DNA of 64,000 nt from Hemiscyllium ocellatum (GCF_020745735.1 NC_083409.1:10343534-10407533), one strand, 5' to 3'; counted from the stretch's first letter, positions 24,940-38,632 are shown. Made by a program: numbers and translations. Notes: a model not told the origin generated them from the letters alone.

Positions 24940-25230
24940 GGATAAGCAGAGCCCAAATGACTGCATAGGCCCCCTGTTCTTAGGCAGGCAGACATTACAC
25001 GGTAGCCTTTCCCCACCGCACCTTGGCAGCAGATACCCCAAGCTTCAGCCCGTTCCTCATGACGTAGTGCTGGACCTTGGAATGTGCCAGTCTACAGCAC
25101 TCAGTCGGGGTCAACTCCTTCAGCTGGAAGATCCACAGGTCCTTCACCGAGTTGTTGTTCCTCCAGGCACAGTTGCTGTTTGTCTCGGTGTGTGTCCCAG
25201 GGAACAGGGAGAACTCACTGCTTTCCTTCC
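24940..25230 (-). mobile_element. Tx1/L1-clade LINE 3' end fragment
   Basis: The translation LFPGTHTETNSNCAWR..NSVKD.LWIFQLKELTPTECCRLAHSKVQHYVMRNGLKLG...RWGKATV* resembles the ORF2 C-terminus of elasmobranch Tx1-like elements (recognised from memory). Confidence 0.65.
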
Positions 25231-25939
25231 TGGCTGCCCCTCTGGTAGCCGTCACTTCCCCTGCTGCACCCGCTATTTCTGTGAAGAGAGAGAAAAAAAA
25301 ACACTGCTGCCCGCTACAGGTAAGTCGTTTTAAAACAAACTGTCTTACCTTAGCTGTAGTCTTCCGGGTTCGCTTTTACTCAGCCGCTGCTCCCACTCAA
25401 AATTTGTGTTAAACACTGGTTTGTGTTAAACCGGCCCCCAGTTCTCGTCTGCCCTATAACAGGATCCACCCTCTCAGTATCCAGCCTGTGATGTCTCCTT
25501 CAGATCAGAAACTGTTCATGAGAGAGAACAGGTTGGAAAAGCGAGGCTTTTCCCTGGGAATGAAGAATGGTGTTGATGTCAGCTGTTTTCTCCAGTGTCC
25601 GAATCCAGAACAAGAGGATGGATAAAATTAGAATTGTGAAAGATTTCAGGAGGAACTCTTCCTGACAAAGAGTGGTGGAAATCTAGAACTCTCAGTCTGA
25701 CAAAGCTGTCAAGGTCAGGGTTCAATGTTCATTCGCTCAGGAAGGTAAGGGTTACAGAATTAAGTGGGAATATGTTCCAGGTCAGCCATGGCCTGCCTGA
25801 CTGACTGACTGGGGAACCAGGCCGAAACAACCGATAACTCATTCCCACTGGAATCCACCGGAATGGCTGCAGTTTCGTTCAGATGCTCATGGCCCGGGAC
25901 TTGACGCGTGGTTCTCAGCAGCAGTACCAACACTCTATA

Positions 25940-25957
25940 GCCACTAGAGGGCAGCTG
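25940..25957 (+). promoter_or_regulatory. CTCF-like motif GCCACTAGAGGGCAGCTG (forward orientation)
   Basis: It matches the CTCF core and is 18/18 identical to 10093-10110 within otherwise diverged paralogous flanks. Confidence 0.7.
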
Positions 25958-28900
25958 TTCCACTGTCCCTGAACAGAACAAATGAACTGGGGCCCTGCTC
26001 GGGTCTAACCGGTTCAATCCGTAGAAATGCGGAGAGAGAGGGAGGTTCGGGAAAGCTTCTGAACCAGGATATTTATCACACCCCAGTGAAATTTCCCCTG
26101 TGATATGATCGTCTTCATAGTGTGTTTTTTTTATTCATTCTGTGATACACATAGATTATGTCAGTGCTGAGTGACACAAAGTATGTTCCCTCCATTAAAC
26201 ACTTTCCAAAACACCCTCTCCATCTTTCCTTACTCTCTTATTGACACTTCTACAATTGTCCCTGTTCCCTCACTCTGTCCCGGTCCCAGAGGGATTGATG
26301 GCTGGAGTTCATGACCCCGCACTGTGTGAAGGTTGGTGTGAAGTGAGGCCAGTGTGCTGGAGGTTGGGCTCCTGCCTCAGGCCCAGGTGTAGGGACCTGT
26401 TCAACAATCTGCACAATGTTTTGGTTTTTCTTGCTGATCGCAGACATTTTAATATTGCTTAATAAACTAATGATGGAAATATATCATTTCAAGGATCATT
26501 TAACGTCATGGTCCTAGTTTGTAATGGACCCTCATTCATGATAACACAGTTTTCAATGCTTCTCTCCCCTTACGTGTTACGAAGAGCTTTGCAAACATGT
26601 TTTGATGAGGACAGTGTGTCTTCGACACCATGTAACGGAGTGGGTGGGTGTTTGAATTCTCATCCCCCTACGTCCAGCTTTCAAGGAAAACAACCCATTT
26701 TCTCCTGTCCCATTTCTTTGTCCGCCATTGCAGGAAACGCAAATCTCTCCCTTTACCCGCACAAAGAGAAAGTGGCGTCAGATTCCCTGGTGTGTGATGA
26801 TTTCCCCCAATAGGAGCAGCACTGGTAGATCATGCTGTATCAGCCTTGACAGAAACCTGGGGCAAACTCCAAATGAAAGGATGACCTTCAGTGGATCTGC
26901 TGTGACAGGAAATATAGAATTGGAATCCTTGTTCCCGAATCACCTCATCAAACCCAAATACAACTGAGAAAATATAAACCAAACCAATTTCCCAAGGACA
27001 TTCATCAGAACACAACAAGAAAATAGTTAACAGGCAGTTACTGTCTCTGGAGAGTGTCACTGTAACTGTCCCCTTTCTCTCAGGGTCGTGTAGTTGTTCC
27101 TGTCCCCTCCCTCTTTGGGGCCATACTATTTCTGCCATCCTTTCTGTCTGAGGATGCTACTGTCCCTGTCTCCCAACTGTCCAGCGTCAAGGAGGGAGTT
27201 GACACCCACCTGGTTTGTTAATTCGTTTTACTCAATCCCTGATTCACTACACTGACCCGAGTGTTAAAGCTTAGCACAGGCTACCATTCATCTCAATCAA
27301 ATCACAGGGTCTAAGATTGGTCAGTAATGTCTGGCCCCAGAACAATAACACTGACTGACTGGAGACAACCCAGATCAAGTCCCACTGAGAGTGTTATTGA
27401 CCTTCACACTCAAAGCCCACCAAGGAGGTGGTTGTTGTTAGTCTCAATGTTGCCACAGATTAAGTTCTCCCAGAGATTCATAATTCATTCTAGATTTTAA
27501 ACAAGGAAGGGATGTTGTGGGGAGACAGATGGGAAGGCATGGAGAGGAAACAAAAAGGAGAGAGAATTGCACTTCTGTTACACCGTTCATGAGCTCAGGA
27601 TGTTCAAAGATGTTTTACAGCTAATGGAATACTTCCAAAGTCTAGTCATTGTTGTAATGTGGGAACTGTGACAGCCCATTTCCTCTCAGCAGGCTCCCAC
27701 GATAACAGCGAACGATTGACAAGGATCTCAGGGATAGGACACGGAGTGGAGAATAGGATGGAATGGCAAGTGAAACCCAAGCAGCCAATGAGGCCTGAGT
27801 ATTAGGCTGGGTGGAAGGGAGATGTCAAAGGAAATGGGCTTCTTAAAATTCCTTCATGGGATGTGGGGTTCACTGAATGGGCCAGCATTTATTACCTACC
27901 CCAAGTTGCCCTGGTGAAGTTGGTGCTGAGTTGCTTTCTTGAACTGGTGCATCCAAGTAGACAGACTCATAAAGCCCTTCGAGGGGAAATTCCAGGATTT
28001 TGACCCAGTGGCAGTGAAGGAATAGTTCAAAGTCAGGATGGTGAGTGGCTTGCATGGAGCTTCCAGGGATTTGGTGTTCCCATATATCTGCTGCCCTTAT
28101 CGTTCCAGACTGAAGCAGTCATGGGTTTGGAAGGAACTATTTGAAGGACGTTTGATGAGCTGGTGTTAGTGGGACAGTCGGCTGGAAATTCCCTTTCCTT
28201 TTACATCTGTCAATAAATAACTCCTGGGCAGTAATATCAACAACAACAACTTGTATTAATATTGCATCTTTAATATAGTAACCATTCAAAAGGTGGGAAC
28301 ATACGGTGTTTGTGATGGTGACCAAAAAGAGAGAAAGAGCTCATTCTAAGAAGAGAGAGGGGTTTGTGGAGGAAATCCCCGTGCTGAGGGCCTGGGAGAG
28401 TGAAGGCACAGCTGAGAGTCATGAGGGGGAAGGCCAGAGTGGAGAGTTTGGGAGATGGGGGAGGGATTGAGGATAACCGAGTGGTCCGTTATATCACCTC
28501 CCCCACCTGCTGCAGCAGGAGACTGGGGAGAGGAATTGGGAGGCTGGGCAAGGCACCACCGAGAGGCTGGAGGCTGTTACTGCAAGCAGGGTCCAAACCA
28601 GTTCTGCTGTGAGAAATTGGAGCAGGAGGATGCTTCCAATGCCAGTCCATCCTTTCTTAAATACAGAGACCAAAACTGCACACAGCCCTGCACGTGCAGG
28701 CTCATTAACACACATTAGAATTGGTACAAGGTTTCTCTATTTTTAAATTTCAACCCGCAGCAATAAATGTTAAAATTCCATTCACCCCCACCCAGTGCCC
28801 GAGAGGTTGCGGGGTAGAGGGTGTGGGTTGGGGCGGGGGAGATGTGAATGACAGCATTTTCCGACAGAAGGAATGCTAAAAATGCTATCACTATAAGAGT

Positions 28901-29149
28901 GAAAAGGTGGGGTGGGGACACTGGCAGTGACCCCCTCCACAGGGAGAGGGGAAAGTACACTGACACATTTAAAACTGTATTATTACAAGTGAGAATTCTA
29001 ACAACCACCCACTCCATCATGAGTCTTCCCGCATTGTTGGTTTGATCAGTGACGTAGCAAGGAAGCAGCAGCTGCCCCATGAAATCCAACAAAAGAATGA
29101 GAACAGGGTCTTCATACGGAGCTGGCTCCCGAGAATCCAATTCAACAGC

Positions 29150-30270
29150 AGGGATCAAAGAACAAGGAACATTACAGCACAGGAACAGGCCCATCGGCCC
29201 TCCTAGCCTGTGCCAACACATATTGCCCTTCCTCACTGAAACTGTGTTCACCTACAGGATTCATATCCCTCTATTCCCTTCCTATCCATGTATTCATCCA
29301 GGTATTTCTTGAATGCTGCTATTGTGTCTGCGTCCACCACGTCCACTGGCAGCGTGTTCCAGCCCCTCACCACCGTTTGTGTGAAATATTTACCTCACAC
29401 ATCTGTTTTAAATCCTCACCCCTGCCGCCCCCACCCCGCACACACACACCTTGAACCTGTGTCCACTAGTAACTGACCCCTCTATCCTGGGAAAAACCTT
29501 CATATTTCCCACTCTCTCCATGCCTTTCACAATTTCATCCATTTCTATTGGGTTGCCCCTCAAACCTCCTGATTCTAATGAAAACAAATCCAGTCTATCC
29601 AACCTTCCTTCATCACTAAAGCCCTCCATATCAGACAGCATTCTTGGTAAATCTTTTCTGTACCCTCTCCAAAACATCCACATCCTTCTGGTCATGTGGT
29701 GACCAGAACCATATGCACTATTCCAAGTATGACCAAACTAAAGTTCAGTAAAGCTGCAGTATAACTTGTCTATCCTAATCCTCAGTGCTCCTCCCAATGT
29801 AGCCAAGCCTGCCATTGGCCTTTTTTACTACCTTAGGTGCTGCCACCATCAGTGATCTGTGAACATGTACATCCAGATCCCTCTCCATTTCAATACTCCA
29901 ATGGATTCTGCCATTCACTGTGCTGGTATTCTGCCACGTGCTTCATCTTTCAAAATGCATCATTTGACATTTATCTGGATTAAACTTCATCTGCCAATTT
30001 CTATCCATGCATCCAATTGATCTATGTCCTGCTGTATCTTCTGATAATCTGATCATTACCTGCAACTCCAGCAATCTTTGTGGCATCCACAAACTCATCA
30101 ATTAGACGAGCCATGTTTTCGTCCAAATCACTGATGGAGACCATGAACACCAAAGGTCCCATCATTGATCCCTGTGAAACCCCACAAGACACAGCCCTCC
30201 ATTCTGAAATCCATACTTCCATCACTGCCCTCTATCTCCTCTGACACAGCCAGTTCTGTACCTAGTGCTG
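29150..30270 (-). mobile_element. CR1 LINE 3' portion
   Basis: Translated motifs: GVSQGSMMGPLVF, DEFVDATKI and RLDRLDLFSLE..GNPIE. The CR1 tail is at ~29150. Confidence 0.88.
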
Positions 30271-33200
30271 GGGACATTTTAGACAAGACACCTTGTTGCC
30301 AGCTCGTTACTGCAACTTGATCCAGTTCATTCAGAAAGAGACAAAGGACAATGTGCAGATTGTTGAACAGGCCCCTACACCTGGGCCTGAGGGAGGGGCC
30401 CAAGCTCCAACACACTACACATGAAATTTAAGACAGAGTGGGGTCATGAACTCTGTCCATATGTTCCTTTGGGACCGGAAAGGAGTGAGGAAATAGAGGC
30501 AATTGTAGAAGAGTCAATAAGGATTAAAGTAAGATGGAGAGAGCGTTTTGGAAAGGGGCTAGAGGAGGAAATAAACTTTTTGCCACCCAACGTTGACATA
30601 GTCTCCATGTATCACACCATGAATAAAATAGCACACTGTGAGGACAATCAAAAGTTACACCAAGTACTTCTTTTTGATATATCACAGCATGCAGAGCATT
30701 TTCATTGTGGGGCAATTAGGTATCCTGGTTCAAAAGATGTTCTCTCTCTCTCTCTCTCTCTCTCCCCCCTTGTTTGTACAGATCGGGCTGGTTAGATCCT
30801 CACAGAGCCCCAGTTTATTTGGACTGTTCAGTAATGTGGAAATGCCGATGCTGGACTGGGGTACACCTGATGAAGGAGCAGCGCTTCAGAAGTTTGTGAT
30901 TTCAAATGAATCTCTTGGGCAAGAACCTGGTGTAGTGAGTCCTCTGACTTTGTATTGTTCAGGCACAGTGAAACAGCTACTTTCTAGTTACTATGGAGGA
31001 CTTGCACAGCTGCTGAAGACTATGGGTAATGACTCCTTCCATTAGCTGCAAACACACCAGTAGTCATTCTAGTGGATTCCAGTGGGAATGACCAATCAGT
31101 TACTTTGACCTAGTTCCCCAGTTAATCAGGCCATGGCTGACCTGGAATACATTCTCCCTTTGTCCTGTAAACCGTACTGCCCTGAGTAAATGGATATTGA
31201 AACCCAGCCTCAACAGCTTTTTATTTTGGATTGAGAGTTCCAGATTTCCATCACTCTGTCGGAAGGAATTTTTCCTGAAATCGTCTGAATTACAATTTTA
31301 ACAACCCTCTTGTTCTGGACTCTGGGACTGGAGAAAGCAATTTACATCAACATTGTTCATCATCTCTGGGGAAACGTCTCGCTGATGTAACCTGTTCTTT
31401 CTCATTAACAGTTTCTGATCTGAAGGTGACATCACAGGCTGGATTCTGAGAGGGTGGATCCTATTATTGGGCAGACGAGAACTGGGGTCTGGTTTAACAC
31501 AAACCAGTCTCCTGTTTAAAGGGAAGGAGGGGTTTTCTTGCTGAGGGTTGACAGTGTGTGGAATTCTCTTCTCTAGATGGGAATGGAGGTTCACTCATGG
31601 AGTTGGCTCAAGGTTACAGTAGACAGATTTTTTGATGAACAAGGCAATTAAGGATAATGGGAGGGGTGGGGAAGCAGAAAGTGCAGGTGAGACCATAACT
31701 AGATGAGCAATGATCTTCTTCATTGGCACAGCAGCTCCCAAAAGGCCTGCTCCTGCTCCTGGGTCCTATGTTCTGGCAGAGGCTGCAGCAACCCTGGACC
31801 CCCATCTTTCCTTTGTCACTCACTGACAAAAATATAATTTTAAAATGAAAATTATTTTCTTAAATAAAACCAACTCAATTCTTGTTGCAGTCATTTTCTT
31901 TGCTGGCTTTTAATTTCAGCAGGGTTTTAGAAACACGTCATTTGTCTTATGTTGCAGTGGAGACAGACACAAGGCAGTGAGGCCTCAGAGAACACCGAGA
32001 GCTTTCACTCTGCACAACAAGGCTGTCAGCACAAGCATCTGGTGACAGGATTGTAGGGGGTTGAAAAGGAGAGAGTCACGGAGAGAAGAGACCTTATAGT
32101 TCAAAATAAAACCTCTTCCTATATTCCCACACTCTAATGAATTAATGTTAGAGGATTAGAGACCCAGAACGGTGAGAGTGTGCTGGCTCAGAGGCTTAAA
32201 GGCAGAGAGCAAGGAGCTGCATTATTCCTTCTCATTATTATTTCTGCTTCATCATTGGCGAGCTTCATATTTATTGCCCAACCCCAGTTGCTTGGACTAA
32301 GTTCTTTGCTGAACCAGATCATGGGGTCATTAAAAATGGATCATGTCACAGTGGGGCAGGAGTCACAGACCAGGTTCCCTCACCCAAAGAACATTTGTGA
32401 ACATCACATTGAATTTCATGTCTTTTTTGTACAGATTCCAGCGCCTTCCTTTCCAGGTATTACATGGCTCACCCCCGCCCTCTCCAGGACAATTGGGGAA
32501 AGGCAACGCCCGCTCTGGAGAAATCAGGAGAAATGATGTAAAATTAAAATGATTAAACTGGTGAGGCTTGAATTCATCTCTTTGGAAGACTGGACTCTCG
32601 GCCAGAAACAGAGCCATGACATGGGTGACCCTGGTTTATCAGACTGAAAGGTGGAGTGTCCTTTGGATTGACACTGGGATCAGCAAAAAAATGAATTACA
32701 CTCAAAGATCCAATAAACAGCTATCAAAGTGGGTCACCAAACTGCAGAGTGCAGCACTTGCAGCTCCGCGTCCCCATCTCTATCCTTGCTGTTGCCCTTC
32801 CCTAACTGTCCTGGAGAGGGCGGTGGTGAGCCATGGGTTTCTCAAAGAGGATCTGACAGAAGGACAAGGTCATGTCCTCGGCCTGAGCACAACTGCCTGA
32901 CCTGCTGTGCTTTTCCAGCGCCACAGTTTTCGACTCCGAGTAAACTATCCCTCACGAGAATGAGCTGTGGCACATGGGAAAACGTGAGAGTGTGGGAAAG
33001 GAACCAGCAGCCTGGTCAGCCTGCAGAGGGGAAGAAACAGATTTGGTGAATGAAATGATATCCTTCTGAGCTGAAATACAGACTCAGGCTTTCAGATCCA
33101 CACAGTTTACATTGTTACTGATGGTGACTCCATGGGCAATGTTCCTGCTTCAGAGTCAAATGGTCATTGGATTGAACTCTGACACAATGTTATGTATGGG

Positions 33201-33609
33201 ATGTTCATTTAAAGCCCCACCAGCACCACCCAGACCCCAATCCTTCCACCTCAGGGGGCTCGACAAGATCCCATTCTAAAAGAGATTCCCTCGGGTATCC
33301 TGCTCAATATTCATCCAATGCCACCAAAACACATTTGTCTCATCATTCATTTGCTGATTTTGGGACCTCAGCATTTTGTCTTGTGAAGGTGATTGCACTG
33401 CACACGCAGCTTTAAATATCCTGGGACAATTTTAAAAAAAACTGCACCCACAAGAGTTCTCTCTCCATTATCATGTAAAAGGGGAGCAATGAGCAAATGA
33501 AAATCCACACTGGAGGCAAACACGGAAGTTTCAGCTGAAAGGCTTTTTGCACCATGTAAACCTGCTCCCTGGGCATTTCCTTCCAGTGTTCGAGATGGTT
33601 ATCAGGCTG

Positions 33610-35160
33610 GGATGGAGGCTTACAGGAGGCTGGAAGAACACAGCAAGTCAGGCAGAACTGGAGGTGGAGCAGTCAACATTTCGGGTATAACCTTTCTTCA
33701 GAACTGCAGGTGGGGGTAGGGGGAGCTGCAAATCAAGGTGTGATCAGTTGTTTGGGTAGGTGGAGGGGAATGGTGGAGTGGTAGGTATTGATGGATGAAC
33801 ACAAGTAGAGGGTTTGAAGTGCTTGGTCGATGGGAGGAATGAATCCATTTGGTGGCTGGAAGGGAGGGTCTGTAAGTGGAATAGAATGGAGAAGGGGGAC
33901 TGGAAAGGGAGTCGAAAGTTGGGAAAGGGAGGCTTTTTGAAATTGGAGAACTCAATGTTGATTCCTCTGGGTTCTGAGCTACCCCAGGGAAAAGATAATT
34001 ATTTGTTCCTCCAGTTTGCAGTCTGATTGTTTGTGGCAATGGAGGAGGCAGAAGATGGTCATGTCAGAGAGGGAATAGGAAGGGGAATTGAAATAGGCAG
34101 TGACTGGGAGGCCAGGTCAGCCTTTGTGAGCTTGGCTAAGATGCTCAGCAAAACATGCCCTTAGTTTAAGTTCGGTCTCACCAGTGTAGAGAAGACCACA
34201 ACGGGTGCACCGGATACAATAAACTTGGTAGGAGCAGAGGCAGGTGAACCTCTGTCTGACCTGGAAGGACTGGGGCCCTGGATGGAAATGACAGGGGTGG
34301 TGTGTCGGCAGGTTTTGCATCTTTTACGGTTGCAGGGGAAGGTACCAGGGTTTTGTTGGGGGGGGGAGGGGGTAGGTGTGAAGTGTGGTGAAAACCAAGG
34401 ATTGGCAAAGGGAACAGTACATGAGGAAGGCAGAGAGGGATGGGGAGGGTAAGATGCTTTGGTGGTGGGGTCTAGCTGGAGTTGGCAGAATTGTTTGAGG
34501 CGGAGATTGGTGGGGTGTAAGATGAAGACAAGGGGGAACCCTGTCTTTATTGCATTTTGGAGAGGGGTGTTTAGATTTGGGAAGCAGAGAATGGAGGAGG
34601 TGCGGTGGAGGGCTTTCTGGATGGCAGAGGTGGGAAAAGTACATTGTTCAAAATAAGTGGACATCTGGGACACTTGGGAGTGGAGCGTCTCCTCGTTCGA
34701 GCAGACATGACGGAGATGGAAGAATTGGGAAAACGGGAGGGTGTTCTTGCAGGATACTGGTTGGGAGGAGGTCGTTGTGAGAGTCTGTGGATTTACAGTA
34801 AATGTCTGATCCTAGACTGTCACCGGAGATGGAAATGGAGCGATCAAGAAAGAAGAAGGATTTGTCCAAGATGGACTATGTGAATTTAAGGGCAGGTTGG
34901 AAGTTGTTAGCAAAGTCGATGAACTGCTCCAGTTCAGCCTGGGTGCAGGATGCAGCACTGATGCAGTCACTGATGTAATGGTGGAAGATTTAGGGAACAG
35001 TGCCTGTGCATGTACTGGTGAGGTGTTGTTTGATGTAGCCGACAACAAGCAGACATAGCTGGGACCCATGGTCACCCACTGGATTTGGAGGAAATGGGAA
35101 GAGTTGAAGGAGGCTGACAGATCACATGGAAATGTTTGGAAAAGGTTCACAAGGGCACAG
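33610..35160 (-). mobile_element. Penelope-like element (RT end + GIY-YIG), decayed
   Basis: Translated motifs include QVYCIRCTRCGLLYTGETELKLRACFAEHL and PGTFPCNRKRCKTC. A terminal repeat with a hammerhead-like core lies at 33675-33701. Confidence 0.88.
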
Positions 35161-38099
35161 TCCAGGCTTCCTGCAAATATCAGCCTTCCTTCTATTGTAG
35201 TGCTTCTTCATAGGAACTTCTCTCTGGCGGTTTCAAGTACACATCCTCCATGGAAATATCACAGACTTTATTGAAATGGGATGAGCTGAAAGAATAGAAG
35301 GAAATGGGAAGAATTAACCAGACAAGGGTGTGCATCAAGAGAGATGGGAGTGTGTGGGAGACTCTGTGCCATTAAAAAATCCCAAAGGAGTTTCACAAGA
35401 AAAGCTCGAATCTTTACAAGGATATAACAGGGAGATGACTTACTGACATCAAACAGGTTGGGTGTTAGGGACCCTGTGCCTCTGGTGCCTAACTCTATTT
35501 GAGACATTACAGTCAAGGATGGTTGATGTGTAAATAAAGGGTGACTTGATGATGTGGAGTTATTTCATGATCAATGACCGGGGGCAGAGATTTAAGAGAA
35601 ATGGCTGAAAATTAAGAAGGAATATGAGGAAACATACTTTCGTGCAGTAGGTGGTGGTAATTTGTAACTTGCTTTCTGTAAGAATGGTTGAGGCAGAAGC
35701 TCTCCCATATCATTGAAGTATTTCGGTGTGCAGCTGTTATACCAAGGCACACAGGACTATGGGCTGAGTGCTGGAACATGGAATTAGAATAGTGAGGTGG
35801 TTGTTTGACTGGCTTTGGCTCATTGAGCAGAAGGGTCCTGTTCTTGTAGACCTGTTGTAGACATCTGACTCTGCCAGGACTCCAGCAATGTGGCTGACCC
35901 TTACCTGCCATTTGAAAGGCCCAGCAAGCCACTCAGTTTCAGGGCAGTTAGGGATGGGGAACAAATGCTGGTCTTGTCAGTGACACCCACATCCCAGGAA
36001 AGAATAGACGGCCTCAGTAACACAGTCACCTGAACCTGCAGGTTTCAAGCCCCACTCCAGACACTGGAGCACTATCCTGAGACTGGCAAACGTAAAGACG
36101 CCATCTGCTGGATGATCGGTTAAACCACTGCCCTCTCAGGTCGATGTGAATATAAGGGCTTTGTGACCATCTCAGGGAAACTCTCCCCAGTGTGCTGGCC
36201 AATGCTTCTCTTATAACCAATGGCATTAAAACAGATACAAGAGTAAAATACAGCAAATCTCAAATAAAACAAGATGCTGGAGAAAGGGAACAGGTGCAGC
36301 CGCTTTAGAGAGAGGAGGGAATAATGTTTTGGATTCAGTGATGTTTTATCAAAAAGACACCACAGTTTTTGATGATTTTATTTAATTTTAACCTGTTTTA
36401 TGTTATTTTGTTTTATTTAAATCTTGTTTATCAAATTTCTCTCGGCTTGATTGGCACCACATCGACATATATCCATTGTCTCCACATTGACCCTCAGTAA
36501 CAGCTGTGTGCACTATCTACAAGATACATTGCAGAGATTCAGCAAAGATCCTGAGAGAGTACCTTCCAAACCCATGACCACTTCCATCAAGAAGGACATG
36601 GTAGCAGATACACAGGAACACCGGTCTTTGCACGTTCCCCTCAAGCCATTTTGCATTCTGATATGGAAATATATCACTGTTCCTACATTGTTACTGGGTC
36701 AGAATCCGAGAATCCCCTTCCTCTGCACATTCTGGGTCTACCTACAGCACACAGACTGCAGCGGTTCAAGAAAGCAGCTCAGCGCCACTGTGTACATGAC
36801 AATGAGAGATGGACAGTAACAAGGCTGGTGCAAAGTAAGAGCAGGTGTGATTAGGGATCTGAAAGTGAGAATGTGATGTTTCAGTTTGTTCTGAACATCT
36901 CAAAGTTTGTATGAGCTTTTGGTCTCCTAATTGCAGAAAGAATATAAATCCATTGGAAGTGTTTCAGAGGAGTTTTACCCGACTGATCCCTGGTATGAGG
37001 GGTCTGTGTGATGAGGAAAGATTGGAAAGGCTGGCCTTGTTCTCACTGGAGTTTCGAAGAGTGGGGGGTTTTCCTGTCCCACTTTATTCTCCAAAACTTT
37101 ACCTGACCCCCTCTTGGGTCATACCCTCCTGCCCCTTACTAACATGGAATCGGACTGCCCAGTCCTGAGGCTTACACCTTCCATCTGGAACAAAGTCTCC
37201 AGGTATCGCTGCCCCTCCCTGATGTATCAGGATTCTTACAACTCAGCTTCCAATCCAAACCCCCTGAGTGGGAGTTGCTGTAGTTTTATACAGTCTCGTG
37301 TGGACTGAAGAACACAACAGTCAGGACAATGAGCTGCTCTGGAATCCACCCTGAGCCCTGGATGACCCTCACTGAGATGATCCAGGGGCTACTGAACATT
37401 CTCTCTGACCCCAGGGACACACGGGACAATTCCATCTCATTTGAAGAGTAAAGAAAACCCAGGTCTAATTTATGGAATATTTATTACCCAAACCCTGTGG
37501 AATTGTTATTCTGAGTTCCAAGATTCGGCTGATCATATAGATCAATAGAGTGTCCCCAGTGACCTTGATTTGAATTGCTTGGCTCAGGATCTTGCTGTCC
37601 CTGATGGATGGGTTGGTGTGGAGGGGGAATTGCCCTCAGAATATTTTGTACCAGGGATTGATCAAGTCAGTATAGTGGGTGACATGGTGGCTCAGTGGTT
37701 AGCACTGCTGCTTCATAGTGCCAGGGACCTGGGTTCGATTCCTGCCTCAAGCAAATATCTATGTGGATTTTGCCCATTTTCTTCAAATGCTGTATGGAGT
37801 ATTTGCTTTGCAAACCCTGTGGTATCATTATTCTGGGTAGCAAGATCCTGCTGGTCAAATTGATCAATAAAATGCGAACTGAACTGCTTGGCTCGGGATC
37901 TTGCTGTGCTGAAAGGATGTGTTGGTGTTCAGGGGAATTCCCATCAGATTATTGTGTTCCTCATTGCCCCCTCTATTCTCCCCTTCCTGCTCCATACCTG
38001 GGGGTGGGGTGGAGCTTATAACTTTGTACACCTAGCCCTGAGGACTCAGCTCTGACCATTCCCAAAGTACACAGAGACAGAGACTGAATCTTCTTCATC

Positions 38100-38105
38100 T
38101 TTATT
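38100..38105 (-). terminator. Polyadenylation signal of the C exon transcript
   Basis: AATAAA lies ~530 nt after the stop and is followed by GT-rich gattcagtctctgtctctgtgt. It is conserved in the two paralogous UTR copies (15182-15187 and 4273-4278). Confidence 0.75.
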
Positions 38106-38632
38106 CCCTTTTCCAGATTGACATTGACAGAAAACAGTCAGCAATTAAGAGCCCAGACAGAGGAAGCTGCTCAAATTCACAGCCACAATAGAGCTTGAGG
38201 AAAACACATGTGGAGATTTTCTCAATAACATGAGAATCCTGTCCCTTTAAACAGTGACAAAACCTTAAATTGGAACTGGCGGCTGAGCAGAAAGGAGGTC
38301 TGTTTTACTGAAACAGAGACTTTTGAGGTTCACATTGTTTTAGCACAGCTGACAGTCTTTAGCATCTTCGAGAGGTTTGACTTGACATCGCAAGTTAACA
38401 CTGTCCCCATCAAACACATCCAGGTCAGGGAAAGCATGGGGCTAGATAAAGAGTAAAGTTTTCTCTACACTATCCCAATGACCAGCCTTAACCCCTGAAG
38501 CTCAGAAGTGTCTCTGAGCTGGTCCTGAGAAGGAAGAGAGTTGAAATTCAGTGCTGACAATGACCTTTGTCCTGCCAGCTCAGCCCTGTTCTATTTAAAG
38601 TTGTGTCTCCTCTGTGGACTGTCTCAAACACT

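Larger units (their letters stand above)
17270..26940 (+). repeat. Inverted downstream flank of a third cluster (remnant Y), expanded by TE insertions
   Basis: Reverse-complement blocks occur in consistent inverted order: 17270-17560~32800-33140, 17765-18620~11500-12660, 18950-19230~32470-32760, 25415-25985~30940-31510, 26270-26450~30320-30490, 26700-26940~9540-9790. Confidence 0.85.

Noticed and set aside
30964-30970. CACAGTG next to the degenerate CTCF-like site; also CACTGTG at 54906-54912
   Set aside because: Neither has a nonamer at a valid spacing, and the paralogs of the first read GACAGTG.
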